IMG/VR virus record: IMGVR_UViG_3300020148_000038
Length of the DNA: 20,000 nt
Origin: an uncultured virus (IMG/VR IMGVR_UViG_3300020148_000038)
Lineage: Duplodnaviria; Heunggongvirae; Uroviricota; Caudoviricetes
Reading direction: 5' to 3' (one strand)
Every line of letters starts with the position of its first letter. Position 1 is the stretch's first letter. Below are positions 8,990 to 15,859 of the stretch, piece after piece. Below the pieces are notes generated by a model. The model was not told the DNA's origin. It was given only the letters and a program-made list of their open reading frames with translations, and made no database searches. Both the position numbers and the translations under genes were made by a program.

Positions 8990-9781
8990 ATGCGTCAGTT
9001 TGATATTCAGAAGCATTCGGCGGAAACCGGTTATTTGGTCGGTGAACACTCTGACACTCGCGACCCTTTGATTAAGGGCATCCGCTCATTGATGCTTCGC
9101 GCTCCGCTTCCCGACAAGAGAAGTATCGAGAGATATCTCAAAATGTTCCCCTCGAACAAACCGTACATATCTGGTTTTATGGAGAGCCAATTCTTTCGCA
9201 ATCACCCCCATAAATCACAACCGATGCAAACGGAAATGTCGGTTGATTCGGTAGTCGAGCTTTGGCACTGGGGCGGCGACGAACTCATGACGAAAATTGT
9301 TCCGTTTGGGCATTCTCTCGGATTGGATTTTAAGGATAAGAAGGAGCTTCTGCTTTCTTCTTGGCGCATGGATAAGCCTTATGATGTGGCCGATATACTC
9401 TTTTTGGTTGATAACCCCAAGGACAGGTTTATTAACAACATCAATGTTAACGATTTCGGAAACATTCTGTCTTCTCAGACGTGGAGATACAACATGTACA
9501 AGACGATGAGATCTTATATCGCAAAAGACCTTTTTGTTAAATTTGTATTTTCGATGGATAATTCTGAGAACTATCTGGTGTGGGCTACGGTAGCAGCCAC
9601 TATTGGACGGGTACACCCGGAGATCAATCCTGTCAGTTGGGTGAATATTTATCGACTTTGGGGATTAGATCCGGCAGAAGTCCTCAAGTGTATTGAAGAT
9701 GGTTTTCCGTTGGAGAGCGTTCGCGTTTCCATTCAGAACAAAATCGATCTGGATATTATCGACTCGATTTTCTTTAATTGA
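8990..9781 (+). CDS. Hypothetical protein, C-terminal motif family
   Basis: Start refined to ATG 8990 (GAGGTGG RBS, downstream of the promoter). Ends IEDGFPLESVRVSIQNKIDLDIIDSIFFN. Confidence 0.85.
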   Translation: MRQFDIQKHSAETGYLVGEHSDTRDPLIKGIRSLMLRAPLPDKRSIERYLKMFPSNKPYISGFMESQFFRNHPHKSQPMQTEMSVDSVVELWHWGGDELMTKIVPFGHSLGLDFKDKKELLLSSWRMDKPYDVADILFLVDNPKDRFINNINVNDFGNILSSQTWRYNMYKTMRSYIAKDLFVKFVFSMDNSENYLVWATVAATIGRVHPEINPVSWVNIYRLWGLDPAEVLKCIEDGFPLESVRVSIQNKIDLDIIDSIFFN

Positions 9782-9806
9782 CCGTCTTCCCAACGATAGC
9801 TATGGG

Positions 9807-9828
9807 TGTCAATTGCCCATGTTAGAAT
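9807..9828 (+). promoter_or_regulatory. Class II promoter TGTC-N12-TAGAAT (leaderless)
   Basis: TGTC 9807-9810, TAGAAT 9823-9828, ATG at 9835; no -35. Confidence 0.8.
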
Positions 9829-9834
9829 CGTTAC

Positions 9835-10362
9835 ATGAACAACTTAACGCCAACCCCAATCGTTGACAAGAACGGCAAGAGGACAACCGTACACAAACGC
9901 ACCGATTCTGCTCGCGGTAATTCAAATAGAAGTATCCCCAAGCCGAAGCGTCCGAAGAACCCGATAGATATAGTTGAGTCCTCCCTGAAGCGTTCCAAGG
10001 TAAAGATGTCCGCCTCGTCCACTTTTGCTGTTTTGCGTGTGTTGAGTAATCCGACAGAAGATAGATTTGACCGTGTTGTTGATGTGGTCAAAAGGGAGTA
10101 TGGTGTAAACGATTCTCGCGCGACTAAGATTACCGAGTTCCTTTTCAGAGATGCTGGACTCAAGATGGAGAAAAAAGTAATTCCATATTCCGATATCTTG
10201 CAGAAAGCATCTCTTGATATGATTTCGCGAAGCCATAAGAAGAGGTATGTTTCCGAAAAGGAACAAACGGTACAGCGCGAAGAAAAGCAGAATGATGCAC
10301 CGACGACCCAAGAACCGTCCATCCTTGATATGGTGAATCAAATGCTGCAACAGCAGGATTGA
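9835..10362 (+). CDS. DKNG-tag protein 4, basic helical protein
   Basis: MNNLTPTPIVDKNGKRTTVHKR followed by a basic linker. Confidence 0.88.
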   Translation: MNNLTPTPIVDKNGKRTTVHKRTDSARGNSNRSIPKPKRPKNPIDIVESSLKRSKVKMSASSTFAVLRVLSNPTEDRFDRVVDVVKREYGVNDSRATKITEFLFRDAGLKMEKKVIPYSDILQKASLDMISRSHKKRYVSEKEQTVQREEKQNDAPTTQEPSILDMVNQMLQQQD

Positions 10363-10365
10363 CGA

Positions 10366-10394
10366 TTGCTTTTCCAACAATTTTAGACTATAGT
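10366..10394 (+). promoter_or_regulatory. SigA-type promoter TTGCTT-N17-TATAGT
   Basis: 17-nt spacer upstream of the YqeY-like gene. Confidence 0.6.
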
Positions 10395-10427
10395 TATTCT
10401 TCTGTAAAAAGATAGAAGGGTAATGTT

Positions 10428-10937
10428 ATGGGTTTGAAAGAAGATTTAAAAGCAGCCTCCATCACCGCTCTCAAGAGCAAGGACAAGACGGCACTTGACA
10501 CCTTGCGATTGGTGCTTGCTGAGTTTGAAAAGAAGGAGAAGTCTGGCAAGGCTCCGGTAGTTCTGACCGAGGAAGAGTCTGTTCAGCTTTTACAGTCCGA
10601 GGTCAAGAAGCGCAAGGGAACCATCGAAGAGCTTACCGAGAACACCCGTTCCGAGTTCGAAGCAACAGGTTCTCGTCCCGCCCGCATCACAGAGAGAATC
10701 GACCGCGAGAACGCCGAGATTGCCGTACTGAAGCAGTTCCTCCCAGAAGAGGTTTCGGCAGACGAACTTGGCACTATCGTTCTGGTTGCAGCCAACAAGC
10801 TGAGTGCGGAGAACGGCGAACTCAGCATGCGTGACATGGGTACGTTGATGAAGCTTGTCAAGGAGTCTCTGGGCGGAAGACTTGCTGATGGCAGAGTGCT
10901 GAGCGATTTGGTGAAGAGCGCGATTACCGCCGCTTAA
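10428..10937 (+). CDS. GatB/YqeY domain protein
   Basis: LKEDLK.A..ALKSKDK..LDTLR...EVKKRK...E.AEIAVLKQFLPEE.S..EL...MRDMGTLMK.V...LADGRVLSDLVK. Confidence 0.9.
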   Translation: MGLKEDLKAASITALKSKDKTALDTLRLVLAEFEKKEKSGKAPVVLTEEESVQLLQSEVKKRKGTIEELTENTRSEFEATGSRPARITERIDRENAEIAVLKQFLPEEVSADELGTIVLVAANKLSAENGELSMRDMGTLMKLVKESLGGRLADGRVLSDLVKSAITAA

Positions 10938-10975
10938 CCGAAGGATTAAACAGCTTCGGACACAGTTAAGTGTTG

Positions 10976-11018
10976 GACGGCTCTGGATATAAAAGTCCAG
11001 AGCCGTCTTCGTGTTTTC
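10976..11018 (+). terminator. Intrinsic terminator
   Basis: GACGGCTCTGGA / TCCAGAGCCGTC 12-bp stem with a T-rich tail. Confidence 0.8.
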
Positions 11019-11065
11019 TGAACGCTTCCTGTGTATTCTTGGAAAGAACCATTTAGCGGACAGAC

Positions 11066-11087
11066 TGTTACATATCAAGAGTAAAAT
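11066..11087 (+). promoter_or_regulatory. Possible class II promoter TGTT-N12-TAAAAT
   Basis: Same spacing as class II, one mismatch; upstream of the 11147 gene. Confidence 0.45.
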
Positions 11088-11146
11088 TGTATAGCACATG
11101 GAGAATAGACTGCTAAGGCGGTTTCTAAGGGAAGGGGAAGTTTTCC

Positions 11147-11782
11147 ATGAGCGCTATATTAGAAAAGAACGCTCTTGTTTACGACGAGAGCGAGTTATTA
11201 AGAGACGAAGAGTTAGAAAGAAGCGAAGATCTAATTTCTTACGCAATGCAAAATCAAATTCTATCTGGAGAAACAGTCATATCGTTAGAAGACGAGTTCA
11301 GACGCATATTGGAATCAAACGACATTAGGTTACAGTTGTCTGGTGATGCAAGAGTCGATGATTACGCCGACGAAACAATTATTTTGCCTGTTACCGGGGG
11401 TTATGTATCAATACGAAATGTTGATGACGGCGGAAGCGTAATGGATATAGAGCATATCGGATCTGGAATCAAGCTGTCTAATGGAGATAAGTCCCTAGAG
11501 TTAGATAACTTCGAGTTCAATTCGGTAGAGTCTACAATGAGAGCCGACCCTTTGATAGAGGGTCACGGAAACCCATTATCCATGACTGGTCCAATACCTA
11601 ACATATTCGATGTGGAGAATCTGGTCGCTGGCACCGAAGGAGACGCATTGGATACGCGAGCCGATCTTGTTCTTTCGGAAGAGGGTTGTCTATTGCTCAA
11701 AAGGGCTTTATTGATAGATGAGCTAAGTCCTGGGCTTTTGGTTGGACAAGTCCGCTTGACCGCTTTAGGTGATACTACATAG
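11147..11782 (+). CDS. Acidic beta-rich hypothetical protein
   Basis: AAGGGGAAG RBS; 211 aa. LPVTGG...IEHIGSGIKLS...LELDNF...PGLLVGQVRLT looks like actinobacterial hypothetical proteins (from memory, unverified). Confidence 0.75.
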   Translation: MSAILEKNALVYDESELLRDEELERSEDLISYAMQNQILSGETVISLEDEFRRILESNDIRLQLSGDARVDDYADETIILPVTGGYVSIRNVDDGGSVMDIEHIGSGIKLSNGDKSLELDNFEFNSVESTMRADPLIEGHGNPLSMTGPIPNIFDVENLVAGTEGDALDTRADLVLSEEGCLLLKRALLIDELSPGLLVGQVRLTALGDTT

Positions 11783-11798
11783 TCTGTCTTCGTACCTA

Positions 11799-11839
11799 AT
11801 TTTGGGGGCATTGTCGATTAGTGATAATGTCCCCAAAAT
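11799..11839 (+). terminator. Hairpin / probable terminator
   Basis: ATTTTGGGGGCATTGTC pairs with GATAATGTCCCCAAAAT (two G-U pairs). Confidence 0.6.
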
Positions 11840-11864
11840 CGTATTTTGGTGCCAAAATATAGGC

Positions 11865-12359
11865 ATGAAGGGATTTTTGGCTAAAGGCGACCGCGCCGAG
11901 AACTCGATAATGCAGACTATCACTATAGCTGTATCGATTATACTTGTGGCTGCTGGGCTTCTCACTGCCCCAGGACTTATCAACAATGCCAGAGATAATA
12001 ATGCTAAAGGCGATTTGGCGATTATTGCATATGCTCAAGAATGGGCTTTATCAAACACCTATTTGTATTACGAAAACATCGAGAAGGGACAACCCGACTC
12101 CCTTTACGACAAAGTTTATGGCGTGGAACTTTCAACCGGAATCAAATACAGTCTTTCGGGAGGAACTACAAATAGGGCAGCGTTGGTATGCAATATCGGT
12201 GAAGATTCTACATCGGCTTACCTACTTAGAGCAGAATCCACTTCAGGTAAGGTGTTTTATCGAGCTTCTAAGTCCGCCGAGATATCGGAGAATCCTGCCG
12301 ATTTGGATATAGATGTTTGCATCCTTTCGCGTGATGACTATGACGACTTTATTTTGTGA
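11865..12359 (+). CDS. Type IV pilin-like protein
   Basis: Start refined to ATG 11865. Short charged leader, hydrophobic helix ending in P, then INNARDNNAKGDLAIIAYAQE, typical of the pilin alpha1-C helix. The canonical G|FxxxE site is absent. Confidence 0.65.
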   Translation: MKGFLAKGDRAENSIMQTITIAVSIILVAAGLLTAPGLINNARDNNAKGDLAIIAYAQEWALSNTYLYYENIEKGQPDSLYDKVYGVELSTGIKYSLSGGTTNRAALVCNIGEDSTSAYLLRAESTSGKVFYRASKSAEISENPADLDIDVCILSRDDYDDFIL

Positions 12360-12365
12360 TTAAGC

Positions 12366-12387
12366 TGTCGCCACCATCATGTAACCT
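12366..12387 (+). promoter_or_regulatory. Class II promoter TGTC-N12-TAACCT (leaderless)
   Basis: TGTC 12366-12369, TAACCT 12382-12387, ATG at 12394. Confidence 0.75.
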
Positions 12388-12393
12388 AATTGT

Positions 12394-13419
12394 ATGACAA
12401 ATACGGTAAGAACGCCGATTGTGGACAAAAACGGTAAGTTCACTCACGTTCACAAAAAGCTGTTAAGTGATGTTTCATACAGGGTATACAACGAGAAACC
12501 TTCCAAATGGAAACAACTTTCTGAAGGGACGAGAGCTTCCCAAATCCTCAACGATGAGATGAAGCGCTCTTTTGGATTCGCGTTATTCTCGCAGTTGTTG
12601 GATAACGCCCGCAACGACCGCGACTTCTTTGGAAAAAGAAGGACGATTATCAATAATCGCAAGACCGCAGAATTCATTGATGGGATAACCTCTTCAATGA
12701 AGCTCAAAGAGAAGAACGAAAATCCGTTGGGACGGAAATTAAGATTCGCTCGTTTGCACAAGCTGCTGAATAGCGGTCCTTATATAGATGAGATTCAAGA
12801 GATCCTGAAATATAACCCCGCTGCGATGGACAATTTCAGATCGGAAATGTTGGTCGGTGGAGCAGTAGCGCTCGAATTGCGCCCTGGTAGAGCTTTGGCA
12901 TGCCAAGATGAATATATAAACCATCCTCAAAGAAGGCGAGATCCCTATATGTTGAGGACGTTGTTCGCGCACAACGAAGTCCTCAACGCCCTCTTCGGAA
13001 TCGATGGGTGCTTCACCCTAGAAGATTTTGACCAATACATAGAAAGACGAAACACCGCTCCGCTTTATCTTTTCCCTTCTCAAAACACCCATTACAACAA
13101 CTTTGACGAGTTTAATGTACGAGAAATAATCGAATGGTCTTATTCTCTTGTTGAAGATCCACAAAACACGCTCGATTGGGTTGCTTTTGTGGCAGATGCT
13201 AGCTCGCATGGTGACGATGTGTTAGTCGGACACTACAAACATTATGCTGTCGAAAGACTTATCCTCAGCGTACCATTTGAACGGTTCAATAAGTATGCTT
13301 CGGTTTCTTCATTCCCATTAGATACTAAAGAAATATTGGCTGCTATTGAAAATGGTATTGACCCGGACGTTTACGCCCAAACTGTTCGTTCAGCCGAAAA
13401 TAATAACCCACCAAGATAG
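12394..13419 (+). CDS. DKNG-tag protein 5, also carrying the C-terminal motif
   Basis: Begins MTNTVRTPIVDKNGKFTHVHKK; near its end LDTKEILAAIENGIDPDVYAQTV. Confidence 0.88.
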   Translation: MTNTVRTPIVDKNGKFTHVHKKLLSDVSYRVYNEKPSKWKQLSEGTRASQILNDEMKRSFGFALFSQLLDNARNDRDFFGKRRTIINNRKTAEFIDGITSSMKLKEKNENPLGRKLRFARLHKLLNSGPYIDEIQEILKYNPAAMDNFRSEMLVGGAVALELRPGRALACQDEYINHPQRRRDPYMLRTLFAHNEVLNALFGIDGCFTLEDFDQYIERRNTAPLYLFPSQNTHYNNFDEFNVREIIEWSYSLVEDPQNTLDWVAFVADASSHGDDVLVGHYKHYAVERLILSVPFERFNKYASVSSFPLDTKEILAAIENGIDPDVYAQTVRSAENNNPPR

Positions 13420-14127
13420 AGAGCTAACCACAGTAAATAACACCACTGCCGGGTTAAAGAAAAGAGATAGAAGCATTGTGGCAACTGCCCACACCCTGCC
13501 TCTTTTCTTGAATGTTCCGATAAGACCAATCAGGAATGGAATCGCTGTGCTCGCTAATATGCAGATGATGAAACCCAGCCTGAATTCTTGATATTCACTG
13601 GTCATATGCAGCAATGCCGATAGCGAATCAACTAGAACCGAAATGTTAGAGATGTTCCAATTCTGACCAATGCTTTCTTGCAGCATGTCAAACAGGTATT
13701 GGCTGGATGCGTATACGGCTACCCCGGCAACGGCCACATAAGATATCAAATAGCTTATGAAGGCCGTACCTCCTACACTTGTAAATCTCGTGTTGGATTG
13801 CTTGAGAGTTGCTTCTTTCTTGAGATGTTTGTACTCTTCGCGTGAAAGTTCTTTGCTCTTGTACGATCTTTTGAGGTTGCGAAGAGAATAGATATCCTTT
13901 TCCCGCTTCGTTCTTCCCGTCTTCTTCGGGGAAGGGTCTTGGGGCTTAAGTTCGTTCGATTCCATAACAACGTCCGCAACATTTTCAGTTTCAACGCGGG
14001 CGGGTTGTGGCGCTCTATGAGGAACCAATTCATGTTTTGGTCTTGTCTTGTCTGTCCATCTTTCGCCGTCCCAATAACGCGCTAACTCTGGGTTTTGCGG
14101 ATCGGGATACCAGGAAGCTGTAGGCAT
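13390..14127 (-). CDS. DUF2510 domain membrane protein
   Basis: N-terminal ASWYPDPQNPELARYWDGERWTD (DUF2510, mainly Actinobacteria) and 3-4 C-terminal TM segments; GGAG RBS. Confidence 0.88.
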   Translation of the reverse strand: MPTASWYPDPQNPELARYWDGERWTDKTRPKHELVPHRAPQPARVETENVADVVMESNELKPQDPSPKKTGRTKREKDIYSLRNLKRSYKSKELSREEYKHLKKEATLKQSNTRFTSVGGTAFISYLISYVAVAGVAVYASSQYLFDMLQESIGQNWNISNISVLVDSLSALLHMTSEYQEFRLGFIICILASTAIPFLIGLIGTFKKRGRVWAVATMLLSLFFNPAVVLFTVVSSLSWWVIIFG

Positions 14128-14155
14128 TGCTTATCTCTCCAATAAAATCCTGGGG

Positions 14156-14184
14156 AGTTTACATGTTCTATCCCGTTTAGTCAA
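14156..14184 (-). promoter_or_regulatory. SigA-type promoter TTGACT-N17-TAAACT
   Basis: -35 at 14184-14179, -10 at 14161-14156. Confidence 0.8.
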
Positions 14185-14192
14185 GCAGTTGG

Positions 14193-14214
14193 TGTCTCAC
14201 ATGAATGATAAAAT
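14193..14214 (+). promoter_or_regulatory. Class II promoter TGTC-N12-TAAAAT
   Basis: TGTC 14193-14196, TAAAAT 14209-14214, then AAAGGAG RBS and ATG 14233. Confidence 0.78.
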
Positions 14215-14232
14215 TTGAGCCAAAGGAGAATT

Positions 14233-15273
14233 ATGTCAAACCCAAATCTTCAGCCTAAGAGAATAGTCAGGTCGGACGGAGTAGAGACGACTGTTTATGT
14301 CAACCCGAACAAGAATCGAAAGTCAAACGATAGAGTGATCTCATCAACCCAAATGGCTTCATCGGTAACTGAATCTGATAATGGCAAATCTGTAGTTGAT
14401 GAAGTTATCGCATCCATTAAAAATTTGAAGAGTGTATCGCTCACTTACGTTGATTACCGCGATAGCCTAGATGATGATAAAGATGCTGTCAGCATGTTCC
14501 TCGCTGGCGATCTAGATGGTCTTAACGAAAGAGTTTTCGGCAATTATGACGATTTCGATAACCGCATGGAAAGCATCGTGAGTTATGCAAACGAAGAATT
14601 ACGTGAATACGATATGGACTGGAACGATCTTGATTACGACGAACAGGACGAGATAAGGTTCGCGTTAGAAGAAAAAGACGACTCCGATGTTTTGGGTCAA
14701 TTGATTCGCAACACAGGAGTAAAACTGGTTACTTACGATATTGAAAGCGTTACGGATGCTATTGAGAAATATTGCACCGACGACAATGGCAATGTAGATG
14801 ACGAAATGGTGAATAGGTTAACCTGGGGCAATTATGACAACTTCGATGAACGAACCGCCTTTGTTAAGGACTACATGGGTAAACTCGGTTTCGATACCTC
14901 ATCAGAAGGATTCGACAAGAGTGCGCATTCACTTGTTGCCAACGGAGCGTATGATTGGCATAGTGGGGTTCAGATGGGATTCATATTTACGGCAGATATA
15001 GAAGATGTAAATGTGGGTATATGGAGTGAAGAGCAACAGAGAACTTTGGACGAAAGAGAGATATCGTTCTCGCAAAATGCATTCTTCGGTATGATTGACA
15101 GGTTTAACGGCTCTGGTATGCTCGAAGAATTTCCAACGGGAAATGAAGTGAAGATAACAGCCACTAAAGAGAAGCCAATCCAGTTAGACTCAAACACTGG
15201 CGGTTACGGATGGGATGAAATAGTTGGCGGATCTACATCACTGAACGTTTCACTGAAATCCGAATGGAAGTAA
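14233..15273 (+). CDS. DKNG-tag protein 6 (variant tag), highly acidic protein
   Basis: Start refined to ATG 14233. Begins MSNPNLQPKRIVRSDGVETTVYVN; body is very D/E rich. Confidence 0.85.
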   Translation: MSNPNLQPKRIVRSDGVETTVYVNPNKNRKSNDRVISSTQMASSVTESDNGKSVVDEVIASIKNLKSVSLTYVDYRDSLDDDKDAVSMFLAGDLDGLNERVFGNYDDFDNRMESIVSYANEELREYDMDWNDLDYDEQDEIRFALEEKDDSDVLGQLIRNTGVKLVTYDIESVTDAIEKYCTDDNGNVDDEMVNRLTWGNYDNFDERTAFVKDYMGKLGFDTSSEGFDKSAHSLVANGAYDWHSGVQMGFIFTADIEDVNVGIWSEEQQRTLDEREISFSQNAFFGMIDRFNGSGMLEEFPTGNEVKITATKEKPIQLDSNTGGYGWDEIVGGSTSLNVSLKSEWK

Positions 15274-15279
15274 AATTCA

Positions 15280-15753
15280 TTAGCTTCTGAACATGCTTTC
15301 TACAAGTTCTGCCATGTCAGATTCTACCTGGATTTTATCCCTGCTATATGTTCCACAATTGCAGCTTAATATTACGCTTGTGTTGATGTTGTGTGATTGC
15401 GCGTCAGCGTCAAAAGTATTGAATACGTATTCGCTTTCAATGTCTTCATAGACCGACCATACATCCGAAATACCACATTTCTCGATGTGCAAAGATCTCT
15501 CGGTTCTTTTTCTCGGCTGGAAAAATCCGACAAACTCAGTGTCTTGCTTCACAACGGCATCCGCAATTCTGAATGCATAATCTCTAAACCATTCCGGTTT
15601 GCCCTGGAAATATGTATTCTCTTCTTCACGCGCGGGCTTTTTAGAGATGTTTCGCTTATGCGTTTTGGATTCATCTACTTTTCTATACACGGTGGTTTGT
15701 TTGCCGTTCTTGTCTACTATCTTGGTCGGTACTGTGTTTGCCCCAGCCATCAT
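15280..15753 (-). CDS. DKNG-tag protein 7
   Basis: Start refined to ATG 15753/15750 (GAGAGGA RBS). Begins MMAGANTVPTKIVDKNGKQTTVYRK; H...C...CxC could bind metal. Confidence 0.85.
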   Translation of the reverse strand: MMAGANTVPTKIVDKNGKQTTVYRKVDESKTHKRNISKKPAREEENTYFQGKPEWFRDYAFRIADAVVKQDTEFVGFFQPRKRTERSLHIEKCGISDVWSVYEDIESEYVFNTFDADAQSHNINTSVILSCNCGTYSRDKIQVESDMAELVESMFRS

Positions 15754-15773
15754 GTGATCCTCTCTATAGTGAA

Positions 15774-15795
15774 ATAATAGCATCGACATAAGACC
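15774..15795 (-). promoter_or_regulatory. Class II promoter GGTC-N12-TATTAT
   Basis: Minus strand GGTC 15795-15792, TATTAT 15779-15774; no -35. Confidence 0.7.
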
Positions 15796-15807
15796 ACTGT
15801 GCTGTAC

Positions 15808-15836
15808 TTGATTTATTTACGCAATCGTAGTAGTAT
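15808..15836 (+). promoter_or_regulatory. SigA-type promoter TTGATT-N17-TAGTAT
   Basis: 17-nt spacer upstream of 15860. Confidence 0.7.
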
Positions 15837-15859
15837 CTAAGTATCTAGAAAGGCTCTAC

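Noticed and set aside
9831..10380. Long antisense ORFs 9831..10322 and 9922..10380, and similar shadow ORFs (788..1123, 9215..9616, 10590..11099, 15397..15777, 16093..16494)
   Set aside because: They largely overlap better-supported genes on the opposite strand and lack motifs or translation signals.
11098..11328. Arg-rich 76-aa ORF
   Set aside because: Out-of-frame shadow of the 11147 gene, which has a clear RBS.
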